A stretch of DNA of 64,000 nucleotides from Gemmatimonadota bacterium (GTDB taxonomy: Bacteria > Gemmatimonadota > Gemmatimonadetes > Palauibacterales > Palauibacteraceae): NCBI GenBank assembly GCA_965116475.1, contig OZ220691.1:2048001-2112000 (forward strand), given 5' to 3'. The notes beneath the pieces are model-generated. The model was not told where the DNA came from. It ran no database searches and worked only from the letters and a program-made list of their open reading frames with translations. The position numbers and the translations under genes were made by a program. Position 1 is the first letter of the stretch, and every line of letters begins with the position of its first letter. Of this stretch, positions 7,942-19,558 are shown piece after piece.

Positions 7942-10266
7942 GTGATGAACGGTATCGAGCGCGAGAAGGTCGGTCCGCTGACGCTGCGTCTGTGGGGGTT
8001 CCTGACGGCCCTCGCCGTGTGGTGCCTCTACCTGCTGACGATCGCGCCCACGACCGGGTTCTGGGACACGTCGGAATACGTCACGACGGCGCACATCCTC
8101 GGGCTGCCGCACCCGCCGGGGAATCCGGGGTTCGTCCTCGTCGGGCGCGTGTGGTCCATTCTCCTCGAGTTCACGGGACTCCCCATCGCGCTCCGGATCA
8201 ACATCCTCAGCGCGACGCTCTCCGCCGGGGCGAGCTTCTTCTCCTTCCTCGCCGTGGCGCGCATGGTCGCGCACTTCCGCGAGAACCGGCACGAGATCCT
8301 CGTGGCTTCGATGGTCGCGGTGTGGATCGGGGCCACGGCCTTCACCGTGTGGACCCAGTCGAATCTGAACGAGAAGGTCTACACGCTGTCGCTCTTCGTC
8401 GTCTCGCTCGTGAGCTACCTGACGATGCTCTGGGTGGACGAGGCGGATTCGGCGCGCGGGAACCGGCTGCTCGTGCTCATCGCGCTCCTGCTCGGCCTGG
8501 GCTGGTCGAACCACACCATGTCGCTGCTGCCGGGCCCGGCGCTGGCGCTCTTCGTCCTCCTCCACCGCTGGCGTGCGGCGCTCAACCCCCGCGTCCTCGG
8601 ACTCGCCGTGGCGCTGTTCGCGGTCGGCTACTCCGTGCAGCTCCTTTTCGTCCCCATCCGGTCGGCGCAGAACCCGATCATCGACGAGGCGGATCCGGAG
8701 TGTCCCTCGCTCGTCTCGGCGGTCACGCCGAAGGTGGTGGAAGACCGCTTCGGAAACACGAAGTTCTCCGTCGCCTGCGAGCCACTTGCCCTGTCGCTCA
8801 TCCGCGACCAGTACGGCCCGGGGCCGATCACGCAGCGCCAGGCCCCGCTCTCCGCCCAGTACGCGAACTACTGGCAGTACTTCGACTGGCAGTGGGCGCG
8901 CTCGCTGCCGCCGGGCGGCCGGGTCGCCGTGAGCATGCTCTTCCTCTTCCTCGCCCTGGTCGGTCTCTGGACCCACTTCAAGAGCGACCGGAAGACCTTC
9001 GTCTACGCGGGCACGCTCTTCTTCACGGTCACGCTGCTGCTCGTCTTCTATCTCAACTTCAAGTACGGCTACTCGCTGTACCTGGAGGAAGTGCCGAACA
9101 TCCTCCTGCACGAGGTCCGCGAGCGCGACTACTTCTACATCATCGGCTTCCAGTTATGGGGGATCTACGCCGGGTTGGGGCTCGTCGCGCTGTGGGGCAA
9201 CTGGACCGTCCAGACCGGGCAAAGGAGCGCGGTGCCCCCGGACCGGACGCGCCTGAAGGCGGACCGCCCGGCCGGGTTCAGCGCGCGGCACCGGAAGGCG
9301 GCGCCGGTCCTCGCCGTCGCGTTCGTGCCCTTCTTCTTCAACTTCGCGCGCGCGGACCGGTCGGAGGACAGCGCGGCCCGCGACTGGGCGTACAACATCC
9401 TGCAATCGGTCGAGCCGTACGCCGTGCTGTTCACGAACGGGGACAACGACACCTTCCCGCTCTGGTACCTGCAGGAGGTGGAGGGGATTCGGCGGGACGT
9501 GACGGTGATCGTCCACTCCTACCTCGGGACGGACTGGTATCCGAAGCAGTTGCGGTCGCTGACGACGCCGTGCGAACCGGGGGTGTCGGCGGCGGATTCC
9601 CCGACGACCGTCGTGTGCCAGCGTCCCTTCGACGCGGAGAACGCGGCGAGCCCCTACGTGGACGCGGCGGCGCCGGCTCCCACGCGCTCGATCATCGCCC
9701 TCAACGATGCGCAGATCGACGGGCTCGCGCCGGGGATCGGGGTCGCCCGGGACACGACGTTCCAGGTCTCGAGCGCGGTGACGGCGGCCGTGCGCGGCGG
9801 GGACTCGATCCTGTACCCGGACATCCTCGTGTTCCACATCATGCAGCAGTCACTGGGGGACCGGCCGGTCTACTTCGCGGCGACCGCCCCGCCCGTGTAC
9901 GGGAAGTGGGGGCTGCAGCCGCACCTCGTCCGGCACGGGCTCGCCTTCAAGCTCGTGAACGCGCCGCTGGAGGAGTCGGAAGACCTCGTGAACCTGAGCG
10001 AGTACATGCCGAACACGGTGTCGCCGACGTGGAATGACCGGGCGCGCACGGCGGAACTCCTGTGGGAGGTGTTCGAGGTCGAGGACGTGCTGGGGTGGGA
10101 GGAGTGGCCCGAGCCGTCCACGCAGTCGAGCATCCCGGCCCAGTACTACCTCGCGTACTACCTGCAGGGCATGACCGAGGAGCACCTGGGCGACGTGGCG
10201 GCGGCCGAGGAGGCCTACGCGCGCGCGGACCGCTTCGGGCTCCTGGCCGGACTCGGCGTGCCGTAG
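7942..10266 (+). CDS. DUF2723 / TMEM260-like membrane glycosyltransferase, copy 1
   Basis: FWDTSEY...LGLPHPPG, E-V-R-E-R-D-Y-F and FTNGDNDTFPLWYLQEVEG motifs; many TM helices. Confidence 0.85.
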   Translation: MMNGIEREKVGPLTLRLWGFLTALAVWCLYLLTIAPTTGFWDTSEYVTTAHILGLPHPPGNPGFVLVGRVWSILLEFTGLPIALRINILSATLSAGASFFSFLAVARMVAHFRENRHEILVASMVAVWIGATAFTVWTQSNLNEKVYTLSLFVVSLVSYLTMLWVDEADSARGNRLLVLIALLLGLGWSNHTMSLLPGPALALFVLLHRWRAALNPRVLGLAVALFAVGYSVQLLFVPIRSAQNPIIDEADPECPSLVSAVTPKVVEDRFGNTKFSVACEPLALSLIRDQYGPGPITQRQAPLSAQYANYWQYFDWQWARSLPPGGRVAVSMLFLFLALVGLWTHFKSDRKTFVYAGTLFFTVTLLLVFYLNFKYGYSLYLEEVPNILLHEVRERDYFYIIGFQLWGIYAGLGLVALWGNWTVQTGQRSAVPPDRTRLKADRPAGFSARHRKAAPVLAVAFVPFFFNFARADRSEDSAARDWAYNILQSVEPYAVLFTNGDNDTFPLWYLQEVEGIRRDVTVIVHSYLGTDWYPKQLRSLTTPCEPGVSAADSPTTVVCQRPFDAENAASPYVDAAAPAPTRSIIALNDAQIDGLAPGIGVARDTTFQVSSAVTAAVRGGDSILYPDILVFHIMQQSLGDRPVYFAATAPPVYGKWGLQPHLVRHGLAFKLVNAPLEESEDLVNLSEYMPNTVSPTWNDRARTAELLWEVFEVEDVLGWEEWPEPSTQSSIPAQYYLAYYLQGMTEEHLGDVAAAEEAYARADRFGLLAGLGVP

Positions 10267-10269
10267 CCG

Positions 10270-12576
10270 GTGGCAGCCATCGGCCGGATCGAGGGCGGGA
10301 TCGAGGGCCGGATCGAGGGCGGGATCGAGCGGGAGAAGGTCGGCCCGCTGACGCTGCGGGTCTGGGGGTTGCTGACGGCGCTCGCGGTCTGGGCGCTCTA
10401 CCTACTGACCCTGGCGCCGACGGTCGGGTTCTGGGACGCGTCGGAGTACGTGACGACGGCGCACATCCTCGGACTCCCCCACCCGCCGGGGAACCCGCTG
10501 TTCGTCGTCGTGGGCCGCGCGTGGGACGTGCTCACGGGGTTCACCGGCCTCCCCGTCGCGCTGCGGATCAACGCGCTCGGCGCCACGCTCTCCGCCGGGG
10601 CGAGCTTCTTCTGGTTCATGGCGGTCGTCCGCATCGTCGGGCGTTTCCGCGAGAGCCGGCACGAGGTGCTCGTCGCCGCGGTCGCCGCCGTGTGGATCGG
10701 GGCCACCGCCTTCACCGTGTGGACCCAGTCGAACCTCAACGAGAAGGTCTATCCCCTCTCGATGTTCGTCGTGGCCCTCGTGAGCTACCTCGCCATGGTC
10801 TGGATGGAGCAGGCGGACACGGCGCGCGGGAACCGGCTCCTCCTGCTCATCGCGCTCGTCCTCGGCCTCGGGTGGGCGAACCACACCATGTCGATGCTGC
10901 CCGGGCTGGCATTGGCCGCGTTCGCGCTGCTGCACCGCTGGCGGGCCGTCCTCAACCCTCGCGTCCTCGCGCTCGGCGCGGTGCTGCTCGCCGTGGGCTA
11001 CTCGCTGCAGTTCCTCTTCGTCCCCATCCGCTCGGCGCAGAACCCGATCATCGACGAGGCGGACCCCGAGTGTCCGTCGCTCGTCTCGGCCGTCACGCCG
11101 CGGCGGATCGACGACTACTACGGGCAGAGCAAGCTCGCCGTGGCGTGCGAGGCGCTCGCCCTGTCGCTGATCCGCGACCAGTACAAACCGACGCCGATCA
11201 CCCAGCGCCAGGCCCCCCTATCGGCCCAGTACGCGAACTACTGGCAGTACTTCGACTGGCAGTGGGCGCGCTCGCTGCCGCCGGGAGGCCGGGTCGCCGC
11301 GAGCGTCCTTTTCCTCTTCCTCGCCCTCGTCGGCCTCTGGACCCACCTGCGGAAGGACCGGAAGACGTTCGTCTACGCGGGCACGCTCCTCTTCACCGTC
11401 ACGCTGCTGCTGGTCTACTACCTCAACTTCCGGTACGGCTACTCGCTGTACTGGGAGGAGGCGCCGCTGCTCGACGCCCACGAGGTCCGCGAGCGGGACT
11501 ACTTCTTCATCATCGGCTTCCAGTTGTGGGGCATCTACGCCGGGCTGGGGCTCGCCGCGCTGTGGGGGCGGTGGACGGCGCCGGCCCCGGCGGGCGTCCC
11601 GCGGCGCCGGCTGCCGGCGCCGCTCCTCGCGCTCGGCCTCATCCCCTTCCTCTTCAACTTCGGCCAGGCCGACCGCACCGGGGACCGCGCCGCCCGCAAC
11701 CTGGCGTACAACATGCTGCAGTCCGTCGAACCGTACGCCGTGCTGTTCACCTACGGCGACAACGACACCTTCCCGCTCTGGTATCTGCAGGAGGTGGAAG
11801 GACTCCGGCGCGACGTTACGGTCATCGTCCAGTCGTACCTGGGGACGGACTGGTATCACAAGCAGTTGCGGCGGCTGACGAAGCCGTGCGAGCCGGGCGA
11901 GTCGCCCGAGGACGCTCCCACGACCGTCGTGTGCCAGCGGCCGTTCGATCCGGAGACGGCGGCGGATCTGTACGCGGAGTTGCCCGCGACGCCGCCGGCG
12001 CGCTCGGCCATTCCCCCGCCCGACACCGGGATCGACGACCTCTCGCCGGTCATGTCCATCCCCGAGGACTCGACCTACGAACTCACGGATCGGATCACCG
12101 GCTCGCTGCGGGAGGGTGACGTTCTTTCGGCGGCCGATCTACGCGTATTCCAGATCGCACGGCAGGCGCTGGAGGACCGGCCGGTGTACTTCGCGGCGAC
12201 GGCCAGGCCCGTGTGGGACCGATGGCGGCTTCAGCCGCACCTCGTCCGGCAGGGGCTTGCCTTCAAGCTCGTGGACGGCACGCTCGAGGAATCGGAGCAT
12301 CTCGTCGACCTGAGCGAGTACCTGCGGGACTCGGGGTGGCCGACGTGGCACGACCGGGCCCGCACCGGGGCACTGCTGGAAGACGTGTTTCTCGTCGACG
12401 ACATCCTGGCCTGGGACGCGTGGCCCGACCCGTCCACGAGGTCGAGCATCCCCACCGCGTACTACATGGCGCACGTCTTCCAGGGGATTTCCGAGGAGTT
12501 GGGCGGCGATCCGGACGCCGCCGAGTGGGCCTACCGGCGCGCGAACCACTTCGCCCGGCTCGCCGACGCCGACTGA
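10270..12576 (+). CDS. DUF2723 / TMEM260-like membrane glycosyltransferase, copy 2
   Basis: Same motifs (FWDASEY, HPPGNP, GDNDTFPLWYLQEVEG). Long stretches are identical to copy 1. Confidence 0.85.
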   Translation: MAAIGRIEGGIEGRIEGGIEREKVGPLTLRVWGLLTALAVWALYLLTLAPTVGFWDASEYVTTAHILGLPHPPGNPLFVVVGRAWDVLTGFTGLPVALRINALGATLSAGASFFWFMAVVRIVGRFRESRHEVLVAAVAAVWIGATAFTVWTQSNLNEKVYPLSMFVVALVSYLAMVWMEQADTARGNRLLLLIALVLGLGWANHTMSMLPGLALAAFALLHRWRAVLNPRVLALGAVLLAVGYSLQFLFVPIRSAQNPIIDEADPECPSLVSAVTPRRIDDYYGQSKLAVACEALALSLIRDQYKPTPITQRQAPLSAQYANYWQYFDWQWARSLPPGGRVAASVLFLFLALVGLWTHLRKDRKTFVYAGTLLFTVTLLLVYYLNFRYGYSLYWEEAPLLDAHEVRERDYFFIIGFQLWGIYAGLGLAALWGRWTAPAPAGVPRRRLPAPLLALGLIPFLFNFGQADRTGDRAARNLAYNMLQSVEPYAVLFTYGDNDTFPLWYLQEVEGLRRDVTVIVQSYLGTDWYHKQLRRLTKPCEPGESPEDAPTTVVCQRPFDPETAADLYAELPATPPARSAIPPPDTGIDDLSPVMSIPEDSTYELTDRITGSLREGDVLSAADLRVFQIARQALEDRPVYFAATARPVWDRWRLQPHLVRQGLAFKLVDGTLEESEHLVDLSEYLRDSGWPTWHDRARTGALLEDVFLVDDILAWDAWPDPSTRSSIPTAYYMAHVFQGISEELGGDPDAAEWAYRRANHFARLADAD
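10286..10329 (+). repeat. 12-bp tandem repeat (GGATCGAGGGC[G/C]) x3.7 in the N-terminus of DUF2723 copy 2
   Basis: Read directly; encodes GRIEGGIEGRIEGGIE. Confidence 0.9.
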
Positions 12577-12583
12577 ACCGCCG

Positions 12584-13060
12584 CTACATGGGACGGATGG
12601 TGCCGAGGAGGGTGACGATCAGGATCAGGGCGCCGTTGATCGAGGCCACGATGGCGTTCGTCTTCCGGAACTTCACGAACGACGCGCTGGCCTCTCCGGC
12701 GTTGGCCGAGGCTTCGGCGGCGCGCGCGAGCCGTCCCGAGTTGGGGATCTGGACCGCGACCGCGAGCACGAAGGCGATGAGCCCCAGCACCTGCATCTGA
12801 AACTGCCAGTGCGGCGTGAGCCGGAAGACGCCGTAACCGCCCAGCCCGGCGAGGCCGAAGCCGGCGATCGTGGTCAGCAGCATGCCGAGGAGGCCGGGGC
12901 CCCTCAGCAGCCGGTGGCCGGCGCGATAGATGAACGCGATCACGTCGCGGTCGCCCGTCTTGTTGGCCCGGACGCCAAGGATCGCGAGCGAGAAGGTGAC
13001 GCCGAACCAGAGCGCCAGCCCGATCAGATGCAGAAAAAGCATCACTCCACGCATGTCCAT
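12584..13060 (-). CDS. Four-helix integral membrane protein (DUF2269/CopD-like)
   Basis: LFLHLIG...W first helix and four hydrophobic segments. Start set at MDMRG. Confidence 0.6.
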   Translation of the reverse strand: MDMRGVMLFLHLIGLALWFGVTFSLAILGVRANKTGDRDVIAFIYRAGHRLLRGPGLLGMLLTTIAGFGLAGLGGYGVFRLTPHWQFQMQVLGLIAFVLAVAVQIPNSGRLARAAEASANAGEASASFVKFRKTNAIVASINGALILIVTLLGTIRPM

Positions 13061-13167
13061 GCGCGCAAAGTCCGGGCGGCGTCCGCGCGGGTCAAGAGAC
13101 CGCGCCCGGAATCGCCCGTGCGCGGGGCGCGATTGACGCGGGACGGGCCCCGGCGGCAACGTCCGGC

Positions 13168-14573
<1,406 letters not shown>

Positions 14574-14577
<4 letters not shown>

Positions 14578-16100
14578 CGATCGGTGGCGGCGGGACGTTC
14601 CGAACGGCGTGGCTGGCGGCGCTCGCGGTCGCCGCGTGCGCTTCGCCCGAGGGGTCTCCCGGCGGCGGAGACGCGGCCGCGGGAGCGGGAGGCGTCGCGG
14701 ACGGCGTCGCGGACCTCGTCATCCTCGGCGGCCGGGTCATGGACCCGGAGACGCGACTCGACGCTGTGCGCGATGTCGCGGTCGCCGACGGACGTGTCGC
14801 GGCCATCGCCGAAGGGGGGGTCGCGGGACGGGACACGATCGACGCCACCGGCCTCGTGGTCGCGCCCGGCTTCGTCGACCTGCACGCGCACGGACAGGAC
14901 ACGGTGAGCGCGAAGCTCCAGGCGCTCGACGGCGTGACGACGGCCCTGGAGATGGAACTCGGCGTGTACCCGGTGGCCGAATGGGTCGCCTCCCGCGAGG
15001 GGACGGCGCCCATCCACTTCGGGGCGACGGTGAGCCACCCGGGCGCGCGCACGAAGCTGCTCGCGGGCTTCGATGTCGGCCACTCCGTGATGACGCCGCC
15101 GGGCGAGGCCAGTCCCTTCGAGTTCGATGCGGTCTACGGCGCGATCGATGACGACCAGATGCTCGAGCTGAACGGGCTCATCGCGTCGGGCCTGGAGGAG
15201 GGCGGGCTCGGCATCGGCTTCGGCATCACGTACACGCCGGGCGCCTCGCGGACGGAGATCTACCGCGTCTTCCAGCTCGCGGCAGCGCAGGGGGCGCCGG
15301 CCTACGTCCACATCCGTGGGGAGAACTCGGGCGGCACGCTGGGGGCCTTCCAGGAGGTGATCGCGAACGCGCTCTCGACCGGGGCCTCGCTCCACATCGT
15401 CCACATGAACTCGAGCGCCGACGAGATGGCGCGCATGACGCTGGAGATGATCCGCGGGGCGCGCGAGCGCGGCGTCGATATCACGACGGAGTCCTATCCC
15501 TATACCGCGGGCTCGACGCGGATCGAATCGGCCCTGTTCGACCCGTGGGAGGGCCTCTCCGATGAGGAATACGGCCGCCTGCAGTGGTCGGGAACGCCGG
15601 AGCGGCTGAACGCGGGGAGCTTCCGGCGCTACCGCGAGCAGGGCGGCTGGGTCGTGATCCACGGGAGGAGCGAGGAGACGAACGAGTGGATTGTCGCCCA
15701 GCCCGACGTGATCGTGGCGAGCGACGGGATCCCGTACCTGTACCAGGCGATCCACCCGCGCGGCGCCGGCACCTACTCGCGGGTGCTGGGATACTACGTG
15801 CGCGAGCGCGGGGCGCTGAGCCTCATGGACGCCCTCGCGAAGATGACGATCCTGCCGGCGCAGCGCGTGGAGGGATTCGCCCCGGTCATGGCCCGGAAGG
15901 GAAGGGTCCAGGTCGGCGCCGACGCGGACATCGTCGTGTTCGACCCGGAGACGATCATCGACCGCGCGACCTATGCGGACCCGGCCGCGCCCTCCGAGGG
16001 CGTCCGCTACCTGCTGGTCGAAGGCACCGCCGTCGTGCGAGACGGCGAACTGGTCCCCGGCGTCTACCCCGGCCGCCCCATCACCAGCGGCACCCGGTAG
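14574..16100 (+). CDS. Amidohydrolase lipoprotein, N-acyl-D-amino-acid/D-glutamate deacylase family
   Basis: Lipobox VAAC, PGFVDLHAH, YPYTAGST, HPRGAGTY, DADIVVFDP. Confidence 0.85.
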
Positions 16101-16104
16101 CGCA

Positions 16105-16572
16105 CTAGAGTTGGGCGAGCGACTTCAGGTCGTCTACGAGCCGGCCGCGGACCTTCGCGTCGCGGCAGAGCACGAGGATCGTGTCGTCGCCGGCCACCGT
16201 CGCGAGGACGCCATCGAGATCCGCCTCGTCGAGAGCGATCGCGACGGCGTTGGCGCAGCCGCTCAGGGTGCGGATCGCGAACAGCGCGTTGCCCGGGCCG
16301 ACATCCAGCGCCAGCTCTCTCAGCGTCGCCGCCAGCATGCGCTGAGGCGAGGGCGGCGCCGTGTCCCGCCCCGGGCGGTGGTATCTGGGTCCGCCGGCGT
16401 CGGACCGCTTCACGATGCCGAGGCGCCTGAAGTCCCGCGACAGCGTCGTCTGCGTGGTCGAGATCCCCTCGCGCGCGAGCGCCGCCACGAGCTCGATCTG
16501 ACTCCGGATTTCCTGGGTGTCGATGATATGCAGGATCGCCCGCTCGCGGGTTCTGCGGCGCTCGCGCGTCAT
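16105..16572 (-). CDS. argR: Arginine repressor
   Basis: SQIELV...TQTTLSRD wHTH and TVAGDDTI arginine-binding motif. Lies downstream of argGH. Confidence 0.9.
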   Translation of the reverse strand: MTRERRRTRERAILHIIDTQEIRSQIELVAALAREGISTTQTTLSRDFRRLGIVKRSDAGGPRYHRPGRDTAPPSPQRMLAATLRELALDVGPGNALFAIRTLSGCANAVAIALDEADLDGVLATVAGDDTILVLCRDAKVRGRLVDDLKSLAQL

Positions 16573-16588
16573 GACGGCATCGCGCGGT

Positions 16589-18055
16589 TCATGTGATTGC
16601 CGCGTCCAGGAGCCGCTCCTCGAGATGGGCGCGCCGGATCGGCGGATCGGCACGGCCGTCGAGCCAGGCTTCGAGCGCCGCCACCTCGCGATCGACCTCC
16701 TGCAACTGCTCCAGCACGCGTCCGGGCGCCGGTCCGCCGGGCGAATCGTGTGCGGCGACGGCGGCATCCGGCCGCAGCACCTCGTGTACGTCGTCTCCCG
16801 CGGCGGGACAGCACGTCCGCAGGGTCTCGAAGTCCAACTCCCATAGCTCCACTCCGTCTTCCTCGGCCAGGCGCACCGCCTCGCCGACCTGATGGTGCGC
16901 CCGCCGGAACGGGACGCCGCGGCGGACGAGGTGGTCGGCGAGTTCGGTGGCGGTCAGCATCCCGCCCGCGAGCGCGGCTTCCATGACGTCCGTCCGATAG
17001 TTGACACCGCGCGCGACCGCAATCGCCGCGGCAAGGGACCAGTCCGCCGTGTCGAGCGTGTCGAACAGGCGTTCCTTGTCTTCCTGAAAGTCGCTGTTGA
17101 AGGTGAGCGGCAGGCCTTTCATCAGCGCGAGCAGCGCCGTCACGTTCCCGATCGCCCGGGCCGACTTCCCGCGCAGGATCTCGGCCGCCTCCGGATTCTT
17201 CTTCTGCGGCATGATGCTGCTGCCCTGCGCCACGGAGTCGTCGAGTTCGATGAACCCGAACTCCCGCGTGGACCAGAGCACGATCTCGTCCGCCCAGCGC
17301 GAGAGGTGCACCGCCAGCATGGCGCAGGCATAGGCCGCGTCGAGCACGTAGTCGCGGTCGCCGACGATGTGCATGCTGTTGGCGAAGGTGCGGTCGAGCC
17401 CGAGCAGGGCCGCGGTGCGGGCCGGATCGATCGGGAACGACGTGCCGGCCAGCGCCCCGGCGCCGAGCGGCGACACGCCCGCCAGCCGGTGAGCGGCCCG
17501 GAGCCGCCGCGCGTCCACACCGAGTGCGGCCACGTGGGCGAGAAGGTGGTGCGCGAGGCTCACGGGCTGTCCCCGCTGGAGGTGCGTATAGCCGGGCAGG
17601 AAGGTCTCGCGGAAGGAGGCCGCGTGGCCGGTCAGCACGCGCTGCAGCCCGGCCACGCCGGAGAGGATGTCCTCGAGGCGCTCGCGCACGTACAGCCGCA
17701 GCGCGACCGCCGTCTGGTCGTTCCGGCTCCGCGCCGTGTGGAGCCGCTGGCCGGCCTCGCCCACGCGCTCGACGAGGGTGCGTTCGATCCACGTGTGCAC
17801 GTCCTCGTCCGGGCCCGCGACCTCGAGTTCGCCGGTCTCCACCTCCCGGAGGATCTCCGACAGGCCGGACAGGATCAGATCGCTGTCGCCACGAGAGAGG
17901 ATCCCCGTTTCGCGCAGCATGCGGGCGTGCGCGAGGCTCGCCAGGAGGTCGTGCCGGGCCAGCCGGCGGTCGAACGGCAGCGAGTTCGTGAACTCCTGGA
18001 TCGCCGGATGCACGGGCGCCGCGAAGCGCCCTCCCCACAGCACGTCATCCGGCAT
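16589..18055 (-). CDS. argH: Argininosuccinate lyase
   Basis: LWGGRF, HTARSRNDQ, PGYTHLQ, GSSIMPQKKNP. Start at MPDDVLW. Confidence 0.95.
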   Translation of the reverse strand: MPDDVLWGGRFAAPVHPAIQEFTNSLPFDRRLARHDLLASLAHARMLRETGILSRGDSDLILSGLSEILREVETGELEVAGPDEDVHTWIERTLVERVGEAGQRLHTARSRNDQTAVALRLYVRERLEDILSGVAGLQRVLTGHAASFRETFLPGYTHLQRGQPVSLAHHLLAHVAALGVDARRLRAAHRLAGVSPLGAGALAGTSFPIDPARTAALLGLDRTFANSMHIVGDRDYVLDAAYACAMLAVHLSRWADEIVLWSTREFGFIELDDSVAQGSSIMPQKKNPEAAEILRGKSARAIGNVTALLALMKGLPLTFNSDFQEDKERLFDTLDTADWSLAAAIAVARGVNYRTDVMEAALAGGMLTATELADHLVRRGVPFRRAHHQVGEAVRLAEEDGVELWELDFETLRTCCPAAGDDVHEVLRPDAAVAAHDSPGGPAPGRVLEQLQEVDREVAALEAWLDGRADPPIRRAHLEERLLDAAIT

Positions 18056-18107
18056 CAGAGCACATCGTCCGGCACGGTACGGTCCAGCAGACGGTACAGG
18101 GGACGGT

Positions 18108-19433
18108 TCAGCGCGATCCGGTCGCCACCGCCCGCCCCGGCCGCTGCATCGGCTTCGACGAACCCCGGACGGTCTCGACGGAGGCGGTCGCGGCCCAGTC
18201 CCGGCCGTCGGCCGCCGCGTTCGCCCGCACCCGCGCGGCGAGACTCGAGGGGAGGCCCCACAGGCGGACGAACCCGCCCGCGTCGGCCTGGTCGTAGACC
18301 GAGTCCTCCTCGAACGTGGCGAGATCTTCCCGGTACAGCGAGAAGCGGGACGTGCGCGCCACGGGCATCGCGGAACCCTTGAACAGCCGCACGGTGACGT
18401 CGCCGGTCGACATGGCGTGCGCCTCGTCGAGGAACGCGTCGAAGGCGGCCCGCAGCGGCGAGAACCAGAGACCCTGGTAGATGAGTTCGCCATACCGGTC
18501 GGCGATGCCGCGCTTGAATCCCGCCGTGTCCCGGTCGAGCGTGAGCGCCTCCAGGTCCGCCAGCGCGGCGAGGAGGACGGTCCCGGCCGGCGTCTCGTAG
18601 ACGCCGCGGCTCTTCATGCCGACGAGCCGGTTCTCCACGAGGTCGACGCGCCCCACGCCGTGGGCCCCGGCCGTCTCGTTCAACCGCTGGACGAGCGCCA
18701 CCGGGTCGAGCGCTTCGCCGTTGAGCGCCACCGGCACGCCGCGCTCGAACGAGATGACGACGTCCTCCGGCGTGTCCGGCGCCTGGGCCGGGTCGACCGT
18801 CAGTTCGCGCAATTCGTCCGGGGTGGCGGCCGTCGGGTCCTCGAGGATGCCGCCCTCGAACGAGGTGTGCCACAGGTTCCGGTCGATGCTGTAGAGCTTC
18901 CGGGGGCTCCCCGGCACGGGGATGTCGCGCGCCGCGGCGTAGGCGAAGGCGTCCTCCCTCGACGTGATCTCCCACTCGCGCCAAGGGGCGATAACGGTCA
19001 GGTCCGGCGCGAGCGCCTGGTAGGCGAGTTCGAAGCGGACCTGGTCGTTGCCCTTTCCGGTGCAGCCGTGCGCCACGGCGTCGCAGTCGAACTCCCTGGC
19101 GACCTCGACCTGGGCGGCCGCGATCACGGGCCGGGCGAGGGACGTCCCGAGCAGGTAGCGGCCCTCGTACACGGCCCCGGCCTTGAGCGCCGGGAACGCG
19201 CACTCGGTGAGGAACCGCTCGCGGAGGTCGACGACGCGGCAGGCCGTCGCCCCCGTCGCCAGCGCCTTCTCGCTGATCTCGTCGAAGTCTTCCCGCTGGC
19301 CGACGTCCACCACGGCCGCGACCACTTCGCAGTCGTAGTTCTCCTTCAGCCAGGTGACCATCACGGAGGTATCGAGGCCGCCGGAGTACGCCAGGGCGAC
19401 CCGCGTCACGTTCTTCGTCGTCTGCTTATTCAT
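18108..19433 (-). CDS. argG: Argininosuccinate synthase
   Basis: LAYSGGLDTS, HGCTGKGNDQVRFE, ENRLVGMKSRGVYETP. Confidence 0.97.
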   Translation of the reverse strand: MNKQTTKNVTRVALAYSGGLDTSVMVTWLKENYDCEVVAAVVDVGQREDFDEISEKALATGATACRVVDLRERFLTECAFPALKAGAVYEGRYLLGTSLARPVIAAAQVEVAREFDCDAVAHGCTGKGNDQVRFELAYQALAPDLTVIAPWREWEITSREDAFAYAAARDIPVPGSPRKLYSIDRNLWHTSFEGGILEDPTAATPDELRELTVDPAQAPDTPEDVVISFERGVPVALNGEALDPVALVQRLNETAGAHGVGRVDLVENRLVGMKSRGVYETPAGTVLLAALADLEALTLDRDTAGFKRGIADRYGELIYQGLWFSPLRAAFDAFLDEAHAMSTGDVTVRLFKGSAMPVARTSRFSLYREDLATFEEDSVYDQADAGGFVRLWGLPSSLAARVRANAAADGRDWAATASVETVRGSSKPMQRPGRAVATGSR

Positions 19434-19476
19434 GCGTCAATCCTGAAATGGCAGGTGCAGGGGATCGTGCACGAGG

Positions 19477-19511
19477 CCGAATATTATACACGATGGTGAA
19501 TAAATATGCAA
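19477..19511 (-). promoter_or_regulatory. sigma70 promoter of argGHR overlapped by tandem ARG boxes
   Basis: TTGCAT (19511-19506), 17-nt spacer, TATAAT (19488-19483). ARG box TGAATAAATATGCA at 19497-19510 and a weaker box at 19477-19490. Confidence 0.85.
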
Positions 19512-19558
19512 TGCACCGACAGGGGCGCCGGGGCAGTGGGAAAGGTCAGTGGGACGGG

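Noticed and set aside
7942..12576. Near-identical paralog tracts as a diversity-generating retroelement template/variable pair
   Set aside because: No reverse transcriptase in the window; both copies are full genes and the differences are not adenine-specific.
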